DNA of 64,000 bases from an uncultured SAR86 cluster bacterium (GCA_902560315.1 CACELG010000001.1:155681-219680); one strand, 5' to 3'. Positions 1-11,132 are shown, counted from the stretch's first letter. The notes: generated by a model not told the origin, from the letters alone. Translations and numbers: made by a program.

Positions 1-1286
1 GTCCCTTTATTTGATATAATTGCTGAAACTCCATCATTTGTTGATCTTATTGTCCATTTATTATTTTCTATAGCTCTTACTCTAGCAATGCTTAAATGTT
101 GATAAGGTCCTATTGAATTTCCAAACCATGTATCATTTGATATATTAATCATCAATAAGGAACTTTTGTTCATTTTTCTTACTGTATTTGGAAATGCTAT
201 ATCAAAACAAATTGGGGATGAAACTTCTATACCATCAAGAATACGTATAGTTTGCTGATTTTTGTTGCCATGAGAAACATTTGACATAGGTAAATCAAAA
301 AAGTTTATCAACCCTCTAAGTCCATCTATAAAAGGAATGTACTCTCCAAATGGAACTAAATGGCTTTTTTTATACAATTCATTATATTTTGGGCTGTATA
401 TTGAGTTGTAAAGCTTATTATCCTCATACACCCATGCACCAATTAACATTTTTTTTGAAATAGAGGTCTTATTAATTAAATTATTAAATCTTGGGCTTTC
501 AAGTGGATATGGCAACTCTGCTTCTGGAATAACTATTAATTTTGTATCTTCTGAAACTTTAGTAATTAATTTGTTTAAGTTTTCTTCTATTTGATAATAA
601 TAATTACTTTCATACTTTAAAAAAGGATCTGATGCTGGCTGAATTATTGAAATTTTAATACCTTTATCAATGTCAAAAGATTTATATTCTGGTATCAAAC
701 TTAAAACAATTAGTATTAAGGCTAAATAAGATAAATTTTTATTTCTATAAACAATAAATAAGGAGCATAAAAAATATATTAATAAAGATGCTGCTGTGAC
801 CCCAAATATTGGATAAATATTTTGTACATAAGTGTCTAAATAAATATTGCCAGGAATTAACCAAGGAACGCCGTTTAAAAAATAATATCTACTTAATTCA
901 CTAATTATTAATATGGATGATATAAATAAAACTCGTATTAAATTATTTTTAGTATTTATGAATTTTAATAACGGCTTTAATAACAAAAGAGGGAGTGTAA
1001 ATACCAAAGTTAATATAGTTATTAATAAAGTGTATATTAACAAAGATATCGCTATTGTTGTCTCTCCGTAATAGTAAACACTTACTATTATCCAAGACAT
1101 CCCAAATCCCCAATGACCTAAACCCCAGGCAAAAACATTCCAAAAAGAATTACTATTTTTAAACAGTAATAGATTTATAAGGTAAGCATATGAAATAAAT
1201 ATAAATAATTTAATTGAGAAGGGCGCAAAGGAAAAAATTCCAATTAGACCAAATAAAAATGGTGTAATTAGTCTAATTATTTTCAT
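1..1286 (-). CDS. lnt: Apolipoprotein N-acyltransferase (3' end runs off the window)
   Basis: Not in the ORF track because it is truncated. Translated by hand from ATG at 1286 (overlaps the corC stop): hydrophobic N-half with GVPW, then IPEAE, KSHLVPFGEYIP, SPICFDIAFP, NISNDTWFG, RAIEN, RSTNDGVSAII. Sits after corC as usual. Confidence 0.95.
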   Translation of the reverse strand, partial: MKIIRLITPFLFGLIGIFSFAPFSIKLFIFISYAYLINLLLFKNSNSFWNVFAWGLGHWGFGMSWIIVSVYYYGETTIAISLLIYTLLITILTLVFTLPLLLLKPLLKFINTKNNLIRVLFISSILIISELSRYYFLNGVPWLIPGNIYLDTYVQNIYPIFGVTAASLLIYFLCSLFIVYRNKNLSYLALILIVLSLIPEYKSFDIDKGIKISIIQPASDPFLKYESNYYYQIEENLNKLITKVSEDTKLIVIPEAELPYPLESPRFNNLINKTSISKKMLIGAWVYEDNKLYNSIYSPKYNELYKKSHLVPFGEYIPFIDGLRGLINFFDLPMSNVSHGNKNQQTIRILDGIEVSSPICFDIAFPNTVRKMNKSSLLMINISNDTWFGNSIGPYQHLSIARVRAIENNKWTIRSTNDGVSAIISNKG

Positions 1287-2140
1287 TTATTTTTTGAAAC
1301 AGTAAATCTCTTTATTCTTCTATTATCTGTATCAGATACTTCAATATAGATGTCTTCAATTTTAATCTTGTCTCCAATATTTGGAAGGACTCCAAATTCA
1401 GATATAAATAAACCTCCAAGAGTCTCAGCATCTACTGACAAAGGATCTAAATCCAGCTCAAAGAATCCAATAAACTCTTCTAATTCAATCTTTGCATCTA
1501 CTCTATATTTATTTGAGTCAATTTCAATTATCTCTTCTTCGTCAACATCATGCTCATCTTCGATTTCCCCAACTAACTCCTCTAAAATATCTTCAATAGT
1601 AATTAACCCGCAGATTTCTCCATATTCATCTATTACAACTGCTAAGTGAGATCTGTCTTGTTTGAACTCTTCAAGTAAAGAATCAGCCTTTTTAGTCTCT
1701 GGCACAACATTAGGGTCTCTTAGCATTTCATTTATATCAAAATCAGTCGTTCCCTTAAATAATTTAGGCAAGATATCTTTTGCAAGAAGTATGCCTGCTA
1801 CTTCATTTCTTTCATTTCCTAAAACTGGGTATCTTGAATGACCAGAATCAATTATTTTTTTAATTATATCTTTAGTATTTTCTCCAATTTGGATATTCAC
1901 CATGTCAACCTTGGGTATCATTATTTCTTTAACAGTAATATCACCAAGTCTAATTGCTTTAATTGCTATTGACTCAGCTTCTTTATCTATAACGTTTCTA
2001 TCAACGGCATCTTTTAAGAAATCAGTAACTTCTGTGACACTCTGAGTTTTTATAAAAAATGGGTTTCTAAAAAATTTCTTTAATTTTTCAATAGCGCTCG
2101 AGGGAGGCTGGCTTTCTTCCTGATTGTTTTTTTCGTTCAT
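1283..2140 (-). CDS. corC: Mg/Co transport-associated CBS-domain protein CorC/YbeX
   Basis: GHSRYPV, HLAVVIDEYG, ITIEDILEELVGEIEDEHD; CBS pair plus CorC domain; ybeY-corC-lnt order. Confidence 0.93.
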   Translation of the reverse strand: MNEKNNQEESQPPSSAIEKLKKFFRNPFFIKTQSVTEVTDFLKDAVDRNVIDKEAESIAIKAIRLGDITVKEIMIPKVDMVNIQIGENTKDIIKKIIDSGHSRYPVLGNERNEVAGILLAKDILPKLFKGTTDFDINEMLRDPNVVPETKKADSLLEEFKQDRSHLAVVIDEYGEICGLITIEDILEELVGEIEDEHDVDEEEIIEIDSNKYRVDAKIELEEFIGFFELDLDPLSVDAETLGGLFISEFGVLPNIGDKIKIEDIYIEVSDTDNRRIKRFTVSKNK

Positions 2141-2143
2141 ATA

Positions 2144-2590
2144 TTAATAAGGGTTTCTAATATTAAGTTTTTTTAAAAGCTTGATTTCTTTATTTTCCAT
2201 TACTTCAGCCATTTTATTATTATTGTGATCAAACCCTAATATATGATATACCCCATGAATTAACATGTGAATCATATGATCATCAAATTCTATATCGAGT
2301 TCGACTGATTCTCTCTTAACAAATTGATAACTTATTGCAATATCACCTAAATTTCCTGTTATTGTTTTAGAGATATCTTCATTAGTAAATGATAGAACAT
2401 TTGTTGAAGTATCTTTACTTCTATACTTTTTATTAAGCTTTTGCATGGACTTATCGCTTATTACTTTCAAGTTTATTGAACATTCTTTAATTTTTTCTTC
2501 ATCACAAATTAATTTGAAAGCATCATTCATTTTAATTTTTAAATCATTATCAACATGAAAATCTTTATCAGATGAAATAAATATACTCAC
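2144..2590 (-). CDS. ybeY: rRNA maturation endoribonuclease YbeY
   Basis: LNKKYR..D.STNVLSF and HGVYHILGFDH zinc motif; GTG start. Confidence 0.95.
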   Translation of the reverse strand: MSIFISSDKDFHVDNDLKIKMNDAFKLICDEEKIKECSINLKVISDKSMQKLNKKYRSKDTSTNVLSFTNEDISKTITGNLGDIAISYQFVKRESVELDIEFDDHMIHMLIHGVYHILGFDHNNNKMAEVMENKEIKLLKKLNIRNPY

Positions 2591-3553
2591 TTAAGTACCG
2601 ATTTTTTCTTCAAAAAATTTATAGGCATCAATAATCTTTTTAACAAGAGGATGCCTTACAACATCTGATGATGAGAATCTTGTAAAACCAATTCCTTCAG
2701 TGCCTTCAACTACTTCTATCGCATGAGACAAACCTGACTTAATGTTTTTTGGAAGATCTATTTGGGTTAGATCGCCATTAATGACTAAACATGATCCAAA
2801 ACCCATCCTTGTTAAGACCATCTTCATTTGCTCCTTTGTGGTATTTTGACTTTCATCAACAATAATAAATGAATTATTCAGGGTTCTGCCTCGCATATAT
2901 GCTAATGGAGCAATCTCAACAATACCTTTATTAATGAGCTTGTCTGTTTTTTCTGTTCCTAGCATCTCGTATAGAGCATCATAAAGAGGGCGCAAATATG
3001 GATCTACTTTTTGTGATAAATCTCCTGGAAGAAATCCAAGCTTTTCGCCCGCCTCAACTGCAGGCCTTATAAGAATAATTCTATCTACTTTTTCATTTAA
3101 AAGCGCATCAATAGAGGCTGCAACTGCTAAGTAAGTTTTTCCAGTTCCTGCAGGACCAATACCAAAATTTATTTCATTTGATTGAATGTTATTTATATAT
3201 GTTTTTTGATTTTTCCCTCTTGGAATAATACTTTTTTTTGGAGTTTTAATATTTATTTCTCTTTGAGTGGTACTTTTATCTGGTTCTTGAATGCATAAAT
3301 GCAATATTTCGTTTGTAATTTCTATGCCTTTTCCTGCAGCTTCATATAATCTTTTAAGAGCATCGACAGACAAACTAACATCTGAACTACTTCCTTGGAT
3401 TTTTAGAATGTTTCCATTTTGAAAAATCTTTACATTGAAATTTTTTTCAACAAATTTGAGGTTCTCATTGAGTTCTCCAACAAATCTAACCATGACATTT
3501 GCGTCAGGCGGTGTGAGCTCAAGATTGGTTAGAGCAGAATCTTTTGGCATCAA
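2591..3553 (-). CDS. ybeZ: PhoH-like ATPase YbeZ
   Basis: [46 protein letters not shown]; lies between miaB and ybeY. Confidence 0.95.
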   Translation of the reverse strand: MMPKDSALTNLELTPPDANVMVRFVGELNENLKFVEKNFNVKIFQNGNILKIQGSSSDVSLSVDALKRLYEAAGKGIEITNEILHLCIQEPDKSTTQREINIKTPKKSIIPRGKNQKTYINNIQSNEINFGIGPAGTGKTYLAVAASIDALLNEKVDRIILIRPAVEAGEKLGFLPGDLSQKVDPYLRPLYDALYEMLGTEKTDKLINKGIVEIAPLAYMRGRTLNNSFIIVDESQNTTKEQMKMVLTRMGFGSCLVINGDLTQIDLPKNIKSGLSHAIEVVEGTEGIGFTRFSSSDVVRHPLVKKIIDAYKFFEEKIGT

Positions 3554-4875
3554 TTTTGCAAATTACCTCTTAAACAATTTGGAAGTGCTTCATTTATTTG
3601 AATATTAACTAATTGTCCAACTAAATCAATATCATTTGAAGAGAAATTAACAATTCGATTGCATATTGTTCTTCCTTGAAGCTGACCTGGATCTCTTTTT
3701 GATTGTCCATGAATAAGACAATTTTGAACAGTTCCAACTTTCTTTCTACTAAATCCAAATGAAAGTTGATTGAGCCTGTCTTGAAGAATATTTAATCTTT
3801 CTTTTTTTTCTTCTTGTGTAACATCATCAGGCATATCTGATGCAGTTGTATTCGGTCTTGAACTGTAAATAAAACTAAATGATTCATCAAATCTTACTTC
3901 ATTGATTACATCCATAGTGCCCATAAAATCATCTTTTGTTTCGCCAGGAAAACCAACAATAAAATCAGAAGAAAAGCTCATATCTGGTCTTACCTGCTTA
4001 ATTTTTTCTATGAGAAGTAAATACTTTTCAACGTTATATCTTCTTCTCATAAGTTTTAAAATTCTGTCGGAGCCACTTTGAATTGGCAAATGAACATGGC
4101 TTACTAGTTCAGGAACCTTATCGTAAACTTCAACCAAGTCATCTCTAAATTCATGAGGATGGCTGGTTGTATACCTAATTCTTTCGATATTTTCTATCTT
4201 TGCGGTAAGCTCAATTAGCCTAGCTAGTGATGACTTTTCACCCTTATATGTTCCTTTGAAGTTATTAACATTTTGTCCCAATAAATGTATTTCTCTTGTG
4301 CCTTCTTCTGCGAGTGCAGATATTTCATTTAATATATCTTCTATTGTTCTCGATACTTCATGACCCCTAGTCTTAGGGACAACACAAAATGAACAATATT
4401 TATTACAGCCTTCAATTATTGATACAAATGCTGAAGGTTCTCCTGTTCCATGGACTGGCAAGTGATTAAATTTTTCCAATTTTGGAAATGATATATCAAC
4501 TTGATTAATATTGGTTTCATCTTTCTTTTTATATAATTCAGGGAGCTTATGAAGCGTTTGTGGGCCAAAAACAATATCGACTGCAGGAGCTCTCTTGATA
4601 ATCTTTTCACCTTCTTGTGAAGCGACACAGCCACCAATTGCAATTTTTAGATCTGGTTTTTTATCTTTTATCTTTCTCCATCTACCTATTTGATGGAAGA
4701 CTTTTTCCTGAGCCTTTTCCCTTATCGAGCAAGTATTTAATACAAGTAAATCTGCATCCTCTTCTGTTTCTGCTAGCTCAAAATTTTCTTTTTCTTCAAG
4801 TAAATCAAACATTTTTGCAGAATCATACTCGTTCATCTGACAGCCATGCGTTTTTATAAATAATTTTTTCGTCAT
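3550..4875 (-). CDS. miaB: tRNA-2-methylthio-N6-dimethylallyladenosine synthase
   Basis: [23 protein letters not shown], radical [12 protein letters not shown]-terminal TRAM domain. Confidence 0.97.
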   Translation of the reverse strand: MTKKLFIKTHGCQMNEYDSAKMFDLLEEKENFELAETEEDADLLVLNTCSIREKAQEKVFHQIGRWRKIKDKKPDLKIAIGGCVASQEGEKIIKRAPAVDIVFGPQTLHKLPELYKKKDETNINQVDISFPKLEKFNHLPVHGTGEPSAFVSIIEGCNKYCSFCVVPKTRGHEVSRTIEDILNEISALAEEGTREIHLLGQNVNNFKGTYKGEKSSLARLIELTAKIENIERIRYTTSHPHEFRDDLVEVYDKVPELVSHVHLPIQSGSDRILKLMRRRYNVEKYLLLIEKIKQVRPDMSFSSDFIVGFPGETKDDFMGTMDVINEVRFDESFSFIYSSRPNTTASDMPDDVTQEEKKERLNILQDRLNQLSFGFSRKKVGTVQNCLIHGQSKRDPGQLQGRTICNRIVNFSSNDIDLVGQLVNIQINEALPNCLRGNLQN

Positions 4876-4934
4876 ATTTAATTATTCATCGATAACTTTA
4901 ATTCTCAAACTTTATTCCCATATAATTAAGTATT

Positions 4935-5261
4935 ATGAAAACTAAAAGTGTTTACAAGATAATTTTCATTCAACTTGGTGAAATTTACGAAGTTTTTGCA
5001 AAGCAAATATACCAAAGTGATATGTACGGTTTTATCGAGGTGGAAGAGTATATCTTCAATAAAGATAAACAGCTAGTGGTTGACCCAAGTTCTGAAAAGT
5101 TAAAAAATGAGTTTTCTAAAGTTGAAAGAAGCTATATACCAATTAACTCAGTAATTAGAATAGATGAGGTTAATGAATCAGGTGAGGCTAAAATAAAAGA
5201 AAATAAAGGCCAAGTAAGCCCATTTCCCTTAAACATTCAACCATCAAATAAAAAAGATTAG
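4935..5261 (+). CDS. DUF1820 family protein
   Basis: YKIIF...GEIYEVFA..IYQSDMYGFIEVEE..F...LVVDPSSEKLKNEF..V.RSYIP pattern; divergent from miaB as in other gammaproteobacteria. Confidence 0.8.
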   Translation: MKTKSVYKIIFIQLGEIYEVFAKQIYQSDMYGFIEVEEYIFNKDKQLVVDPSSEKLKNEFSKVERSYIPINSVIRIDEVNESGEAKIKENKGQVSPFPLNIQPSNKKD

Positions 5262-5262
5262 A

Positions 5263-5811
5263 TTATTCGGGCATAAATAGTTTTTTATAGAATCTTAATT
5301 CCTCTACAGATTCTTTAATGTCTCCGAGCGCTCTATGAGAACCCTTCTTCTCATAAACCTGAGCTTCGTTCATCCATCTAACAGCTACTTCTTTAAATGA
5401 TGAAACATCTATATGTCTATAATTAAAATAAGCTTCTAATCTAGGCATATATTTAGATAAAAATCTTCTATCATGAGAAACGGTGTTACCACACATAGGA
5501 GAGGCTTTTTCTCCAACATACTTAGAAATAAAATCTAATGTTTCAATTTCTGCTATTTGTTCAGTTATATCACTCTTAATTACTTCCTGAATTAAGCCAG
5601 ATGAGCCATGCTGATTTTGGTTCCATTCATCCATTGAATCTAGAAGTTCTTTAGATTGAGAAATAATTAAATTAGGTCCTTCAGCAATAAGATTAAGATC
5701 AGAATCAGTAACCAATGTTGCTACTTCAATAATCCTTTCCGTCTCTGGATCTAAACCGGTCATTTCTAAGTCAATCCAGATAAGGTTATCTCTTGATTTT
5801 AAAGTCTTCAT
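5263..5811 (-). CDS. orn: Oligoribonuclease
   Basis: LIWIDLEMTGLDP, CGNTVSHDRRFL, YRHIDVSS, HRALGDIKES (DEDDh). Confidence 0.97.
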   Translation of the reverse strand: MKTLKSRDNLIWIDLEMTGLDPETERIIEVATLVTDSDLNLIAEGPNLIISQSKELLDSMDEWNQNQHGSSGLIQEVIKSDITEQIAEIETLDFISKYVGEKASPMCGNTVSHDRRFLSKYMPRLEAYFNYRHIDVSSFKEVAVRWMNEAQVYEKKGSHRALGDIKESVEELRFYKKLFMPE

Positions 5812-5852
5812 ATCTTTTTATAATTGCTTCTTTAGTGTATTTTGTTCCTATT

Positions 5853-6713
5853 ATGAAAAAAGTTCAAACTGGGCAAGTTATAGAGTTTTATTCAAATAGC
5901 TGTTTGGTAAAGACAGAATTTGGAAAATTCTCGACCTTGGCAATAAAAAATATCGTCGTTGGTGACTATGTCGAATTAGAAATTATCCAAGATAGCAAAA
6001 AAATTACAGGTAAAATTCTAAATATTCTAAATAGAGAAACAAAGCTTTCTAAGACACTGGGTAGCAAAAGAAAATTATTTGCAGCCAACATAAGTCATGT
6101 TGGTATCATTGTTACGCCTAAACCGAAAACCTCCACAGAATTTATTGATAAATGGATATTAAAATCAAAATTATCAAAGATTGAACCTTTCATTATAAAT
6201 AACAAAATTGATATCGATTCTAATAGGGAATATAAAGATAAACTGGATATTTATAAAAAAATTAATATTAAAGTCATTAATTGTTCTGCAAAGAATGGGG
6301 ATAATATTGGAGAGCTTTTAAGTTTTTTAAAAGATAAATGTTCTCTTTTTGTTGGTAATTCAGGTGCTGGTAAATCCACTCTCACATCTAGGCTTATTGG
6401 AGAAAATCTAAAAACAAATACCCTATCTAATGATCAAGGAGTCCATACAACTTCCATATCTTCTCTTTATGAGATTGAGGATAATATAAAAATTATTGAT
6501 TCACCCGGAATGCGTGACATTGAAATAACTGATTATCCAAAAGAACAAATTATTAATGGATTTGAAGAAATTCTGGATGCTGCAAAATATTGTAAATTTT
6601 CAGATTGTAATCATATTAATAATGAAGGATGTTTTGTCCTTGAAAGCTTGGCTAATGGTCAAATTAATCAAAGCAGATACAATAACTTTATTAAATTTAG
6701 AGATCACGGGTAA
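5853..6713 (+). CDS. rsgA: Small ribosomal subunit-dependent GTPase A
   Basis: Circularly permuted GTPase (NKID, GNSGAGKST, HTT, DSPG) with zinc finger CKFSDCNH..EGC. Start placed at ATG 5853; divergent from orn. Confidence 0.93.
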   Translation: MKKVQTGQVIEFYSNSCLVKTEFGKFSTLAIKNIVVGDYVELEIIQDSKKITGKILNILNRETKLSKTLGSKRKLFAANISHVGIIVTPKPKTSTEFIDKWILKSKLSKIEPFIINNKIDIDSNREYKDKLDIYKKINIKVINCSAKNGDNIGELLSFLKDKCSLFVGNSGAGKSTLTSRLIGENLKTNTLSNDQGVHTTSISSLYEIEDNIKIIDSPGMRDIEITDYPKEQIINGFEEILDAAKYCKFSDCNHINNEGCFVLESLANGQINQSRYNNFIKFRDHG

Positions 6714-6714
6714 T

Positions 6715-7455
6715 ATGAATAAAAAGACTCATTTTGGATATCGCCAAGTTGATAAGGCTAAAAAAAGTAACTATGTTGGTGATGTGTTTACTTCTGTAGC
6801 TAAGAATTATGACATTATGAATGATGCGATGTCTTTTGGAATGCACAGGCTATGGAAGAAGATTTTAGTTGAGCTTGCTGCAATTGGAGAAAAAGACATT
6901 ATTTTGGATATTGCAAGTGGCACAGGAGATATTTCAAAATTAATATCAAAAGAATACCCTAATACAACCATTTATATGAGTGATATCAACTATGACATGC
7001 TTAATGAGGGTAGAAATAGGGCAATTGACGAGACCTTTGATTCTAATTGCTCTTTCTGCCAATTAAGTGGTGAAAATTTGCCTTTTAAAGATCGATCTTT
7101 TGATTTAATTACAGTTGGATTTGGGCTAAGAAATTTCACAGATAAAAAAAAGGGACTTTCAGAAATGAGAAGATGTCTTTCTAAAAATGGAAAGCTAATG
7201 GTGTTAGAATTTTCTAAGCCAATCAATCCTGTATTCTCAAAAATATATGATTGGTATTCTTTTAATATACTTCCAAAACTTGGATCAATGCTTGCAAATG
7301 ACTCAGAAAGCTATCAATATCTTGCTGAGTCGATAAGAATGCATCCTGACCAAGAATCGCTAAAAAAAATAATCATTGAGTCCGGATTTAATGAATGTAA
7401 ATTTTATAATCTTTTAAATGGGATAGTGGCTATACATATTGCTTATAATGATTAA
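6715..7455 (+). CDS. ubiE: Ubiquinone/menaquinone C-methyltransferase
   Basis: THFGY, VF.SVA..YD.MND.MS.G.HRLWK, DIASGTGD, GFGLRN, YLAESIR.HP. Start placed at ATG 6715. Confidence 0.96.
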   Translation: MNKKTHFGYRQVDKAKKSNYVGDVFTSVAKNYDIMNDAMSFGMHRLWKKILVELAAIGEKDIILDIASGTGDISKLISKEYPNTTIYMSDINYDMLNEGRNRAIDETFDSNCSFCQLSGENLPFKDRSFDLITVGFGLRNFTDKKKGLSEMRRCLSKNGKLMVLEFSKPINPVFSKIYDWYSFNILPKLGSMLANDSESYQYLAESIRMHPDQESLKKIIIESGFNECKFYNLLNGIVAIHIAYND

Positions 7456-7945
7456 TTTAAATAAATTATTTGTACAATTTCTTAAAGACTTTAAAGAATC
7501 ATCTCCTAATCTTAAAAAGTCTTTAGAAGAAATTTCCCCAATAGAGTTCTGCATAAATATCAAAGGGCATAAAAAAATCTTCATCAAGATTGACGATGAA
7601 GATTCTGATATTTCTTTTTCAAAAAATAATTATCAATTTGAGGTAAAGGGATCTCTAATTGAATTATTGAGCCTATTAGCAACAAAAAAATTAAATAAAA
7701 ATTTAATTTACGGGGATGCAGAACTGGCTATCATTTTTGTTAATATTATTCTTAAGTCAAATGTTGATGTTGTTTACTTGATTGATAAATATTTTGGAGA
7801 TGTACCAGCTGTTCTTGCATACAGTGTTTTAAAGATATTTAATTCATCTGATGATAATTCAGATATCGAATATAAAAACATTAGAAAGCGACTTAGAGAT
7901 ATTTCAATTAGACTAGATAGACTCGAAGCACTTAAGATAATATGA
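7448..7945 (+). CDS. ubiJ: Ubiquinone biosynthesis accessory factor UbiJ (divergent, SCP2-like)
   Basis: Between ubiE and ubiB; I.GDAELA and ..FGDV motifs; C-terminal coiled coil RLDRLEA. Confidence 0.75.
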   Translation: MINLNKLFVQFLKDFKESSPNLKKSLEEISPIEFCINIKGHKKIFIKIDDEDSDISFSKNNYQFEVKGSLIELLSLLATKKLNKNLIYGDAELAIIFVNIILKSNVDVVYLIDKYFGDVPAVLAYSVLKIFNSSDDNSDIEYKNIRKRLRDISIRLDRLEALKII

Positions 7946-9423
7946 ATTTTATAGTTGTCATTTATGAATTATTGAGGATGTCTATCATTGGCGTCCAAAA
8001 AGGAATATTTTATAACCCTAATGGAAGTAAGCTTGCCTCATATTTAGAGTCTTTAGGTCCAATATTTACAAAATTTGGACAACTGCTTTCTACTAGAACA
8101 GATATACTTGACGCAGAAACGGCAAAAGAATTAGAAAGTTTAACAGATAGCTGTAAGCCATTTAATGTTGAAAAACTTATAAATATAGTCGAGTCAGAAC
8201 TTGGCGATTCAATTGAAAATATCTTTGAGTCATTCGATAAAGAGCCCTTAGCAGCTGCGTCATTAGCACAAGTTCATTCTGCAAAACTTAAAAATGGTGA
8301 CCAAGTTGTTATCAAAGTTCTTAGGCCAAACATAGAAAAAAAGGTTAAAAAGAATCTCAGATTACTTAAAGCAGCTGCAAAAATATTTTCTTATGTTTAT
8401 AAAGACAGTTATCGGTTAAAGCCGAATGAGGTTGTTCTAGATTATGAATCTACAATAAGAAAAGAATTAGATTTAAAACTAGAAGCTTCTAATACAAATC
8501 TCACTAGAAAAAATTTTTTAAATTCGAGTGAACTATATATACCAGAAGTATATTGGGATCTAACAACTTCTAAAGTTATGGTTCTTGAAAAAATAGATGG
8601 CATTCCATGTACGGATATTAAGCAAATAGAAAAATATGGCATAAATAAAAAATTGCTCGCTGAAAATGGGGTAATGATATTTCTTAATCAAGTATTTAGA
8701 GATAACTTCTTTCATGCAGATATGCATCCTGGAAATATTTTTGTTTCAAAGACAAATGTTGAAAACCCAGGATATATTGCGGTCGATTGCGCAATAACAG
8801 GATCCTTGTCAAATGAGGAAAGATATATTCTGGCAAGGATGTTGCAGTCTGTTCTGAAACAGAACTATAAAACTCTAGCTAATTTATTTATAAGTTCAGG
8901 ATGGGTTGATGTAAATACTAATAATATTGAACTTGAAAATACTTTAAGAGCTTGTTGTGAACCTATATTTGAAAAACCCTTGTCAGAAATTGAGTTTGGT
9001 AAGTTGCTTTTATATCTCTTTCAAAGCACAAGGCAATATGGATTATCGCTACAGACTTCTCTTGTGTTATTGCAAAAAACACTGATTCATATCGAGGGCA
9101 TGGGAAGGCAAATATATCCTGATCTTGATTTTTGGGGTATTGCAGAGCCTTATCTTGATAATTGGTTAAATGAACAATTTAGTCCATTAAAATTGAAGGA
9201 TTATATTATTGAAAATAAAGAAGATATTTTGCTCAAGGCATCAGAAATTCCAACTATTATTTTTGAAACTCTTGATGAGATAAGAAGCTATTCTAATAAT
9301 AAGTATGTAAATAATGACAGAGTTAAAGATTTGGAAAAGCAATTATCTAAACAAAAATATCTTAATAGAGTATTTGGTTTAGGTATAATTGTAGTTATAG
9401 CTATTATAGTAATAGTTACTTAG
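7942..9423 (+). CDS. ubiB: Ubiquinone biosynthesis kinase-like protein
   Basis: [47 protein letters not shown]. Confidence 0.96.
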   Translation: MNFIVVIYELLRMSIIGVQKGIFYNPNGSKLASYLESLGPIFTKFGQLLSTRTDILDAETAKELESLTDSCKPFNVEKLINIVESELGDSIENIFESFDKEPLAAASLAQVHSAKLKNGDQVVIKVLRPNIEKKVKKNLRLLKAAAKIFSYVYKDSYRLKPNEVVLDYESTIRKELDLKLEASNTNLTRKNFLNSSELYIPEVYWDLTTSKVMVLEKIDGIPCTDIKQIEKYGINKKLLAENGVMIFLNQVFRDNFFHADMHPGNIFVSKTNVENPGYIAVDCAITGSLSNEERYILARMLQSVLKQNYKTLANLFISSGWVDVNTNNIELENTLRACCEPIFEKPLSEIEFGKLLLYLFQSTRQYGLSLQTSLVLLQKTLIHIEGMGRQIYPDLDFWGIAEPYLDNWLNEQFSPLKLKDYIIENKEDILLKASEIPTIIFETLDEIRSYSNNKYVNNDRVKDLEKQLSKQKYLNRVFGLGIIVVIAIIVIVT

Positions 9424-9431
9424 GAGTTTTT

Positions 9432-9596
9432 ATGGGTTTTGGCGGAATAAGTATATGGCAATTATTAATAATCTTAGTTGTCGTGCTTCTTATATTTGGT
9501 AGTGGAAAACTTAAGTCTCTTGGATCAGACTTGGGTTCTAGCATAAAAGGCTTTAAAAAAGCAGTAAAAGAAGATTCTAAAAAAGAAGAAGACTAA
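9432..9596 (+). CDS. tatA: Twin-arginine translocase subunit TatA (54 aa)
   Basis: Below the ORF-track cutoff. Translation: [54 protein letters not shown]; AGGAG RBS upstream. Confidence 0.95.
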   Translation: MGFGGISIWQLLIILVVVLLIFGSGKLKSLGSDLGSSIKGFKKAVKEDSKKEED

Positions 9597-9598
9597 AA

Positions 9599-9844
9599 TT
9601 GTTTCAAATTGGCTTTCTTGAAATTCTAATTATTTTTATATTAGGGCTCATAATTATTGGTCCTAAAAGATTGCCTGAGGTTATCAAAACACTAATTAAG
9701 TTTTATAAAAGAATTGAAAGTAAGCTAGGTGCCTTCAAAAAAGACATTGAAAAAGATATTGGAACTGATGAACTCAAAAAAGATGTTTTTAATGAATTAA
9801 GAATGGAAGAGCTTGAAAACAATAAAGATTCAAAAAATGACTAA
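9599..9844 (+). CDS. tatB: Twin-arginine translocase subunit TatB
   Basis: MFQIGFLE...GPKRLP motif; TTG start; between tatA and tatC. Confidence 0.92.
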   Translation: MFQIGFLEILIIFILGLIIIGPKRLPEVIKTLIKFYKRIESKLGAFKKDIEKDIGTDELKKDVFNELRMEELENNKDSKND

Positions 9845-10538
9845 AGAGTCTGTCTCAAATCACTTGCTTGAACTCAGAGCTCGATTGCTAAAATTTATAA
9901 TCCTATTTGGTTTTTTTGTAATCATAGGTATTCCATTTGCGGGTGAAATATATTCATTTGTTGCAGCTCCTTTAATAAGCTTGCTCCCTGATGGAAGCTC
10001 TATGATTGCAACTGAAGTTGCTTCACCATTCATGGCGCCAATTAAGTTAGTTATATATGTGGCTCTTTTGTTTTCAATGCCATGGCTGTTTTACCAAACG
10101 TGGATGTTTATATCTCCTGGGTTGTATAAAAACGAAAAAAAATTTACTGCGCCATTAATGCTTTCAACTGTAATTTTATTTTTTAGTGGTGTTAGCTTTG
10201 CTTTTTTTATAGTTTGTCCAATTATCTTTAAATTCTTTATTGGGATGGCACCAGATTCCATTCAAGTGATGACAGACATAAGTCAATATTTAAGCTTTAT
10301 TTTTAAACTTGTTTTTGCTTTTGGCATAGCTTTTGAAATTCCAATAGCAACTATTCTTCTAGTAAATAGTGGTATAACTTCAAAAGCATCTTTAGTTAAA
10401 GCAAGACCATATATGATTGTACTTTTCTTGGTTATTGGAATGCTATTAACTCCACCTGACGTATTCTCACAATTATTTCTTGCAATTCCTATGTGGGCTT
10501 TATTTGAAATTGGAATTCTTTTCTCTAAAGAGAAATAA
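9837..10538 (+). CDS. tatC: Twin-arginine translocase subunit TatC
   Basis: HLLELRARL, ATEVASPF.APIKL, W.FISPGLY..E, FEIP, LTPPD. Start placed at ATG 9837. Confidence 0.96.
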   Translation: MTKESVSNHLLELRARLLKFIILFGFFVIIGIPFAGEIYSFVAAPLISLLPDGSSMIATEVASPFMAPIKLVIYVALLFSMPWLFYQTWMFISPGLYKNEKKFTAPLMLSTVILFFSGVSFAFFIVCPIIFKFFIGMAPDSIQVMTDISQYLSFIFKLVFAFGIAFEIPIATILLVNSGITSKASLVKARPYMIVLFLVIGMLLTPPDVFSQLFLAIPMWALFEIGILFSKEK

Positions 10539-11129
10539 TTATTTATTAAGATTTATTAAAGTTCGGTAAAAAAACCATGGCAATATTAACCAAGGCATTT
10601 GAGATTGGAGCATGATTGTTCGATCGTTAAATTCAAAAAGTATGGGATTAAAGTATGGTCCAAGTGGTGATAGGGGAGCCCATGATAAAGGCTTACCATC
10701 TGCTAATTGATCATGATACAAAAACATCTCAACTAGAATATTTTGACCAACGCACCAGAACATTAAAACGCTGAAGGCACTCCATTTCCATTTCTTAAAA
10801 ACTATTGAATCTTTTCTGTGAGATATCCACATAAGCCATGTACCGCCTAATAAAACAGTTCCAGCATCTCCCATAGAGTTCATTAGCCAATTCGCATTCT
10901 TTGGTAACCACTTATTTAAAGCTTCGGATCTTCTTATATCTACTGAATCTCCGTCTATCCAACCATAGGTAAACCAAAGTTCCCAACTTAGTGCACAAAC
11001 TGCTACGCCAATAATATAAAAAGTTGGAATCCAATTAGGTAATTTAGTTTTATTTTTAAAATAAATTATAAGTGGTAAAAAAACTGCTAAGTAAACAACA
11101 ATTATTACTCTGATCTCTTCATGAGACAT
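10539..11129 (-). CDS. Trp-rich multi-pass membrane protein of unknown function
   Basis: 196-aa ORF with about five hydrophobic segments, directly downstream of the LOG gene; no family recognised with certainty. Confidence 0.75.
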   Translation of the reverse strand: MSHEEIRVIIVVYLAVFLPLIIYFKNKTKLPNWIPTFYIIGVAVCALSWELWFTYGWIDGDSVDIRRSEALNKWLPKNANWLMNSMGDAGTVLLGGTWLMWISHRKDSIVFKKWKWSAFSVLMFWCVGQNILVEMFLYHDQLADGKPLSWAPLSPLGPYFNPILFEFNDRTIMLQSQMPWLILPWFFYRTLINLNK

Positions 11130-11132
11130 TAA

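Noticed and set aside
949-1143. 64-aa minus-strand ORF suggesting a frameshifted lnt
   Set aside because: lnt reads in one open frame from 1286 to the window edge; this ORF is an off-frame shadow.
2591-3553. phoH as a phage auxiliary gene
   Set aside because: It is the housekeeping ybeZ in the miaB-ybeZ-ybeY-corC-lnt operon.
5793-6714. Long overlaps implied by the ORF-track starts of rsgA (5793) and ubiE (6556)
   Set aside because: Homologous sequence begins at downstream ATGs (5853 and 6715); the extensions come from longest-ORF calling.
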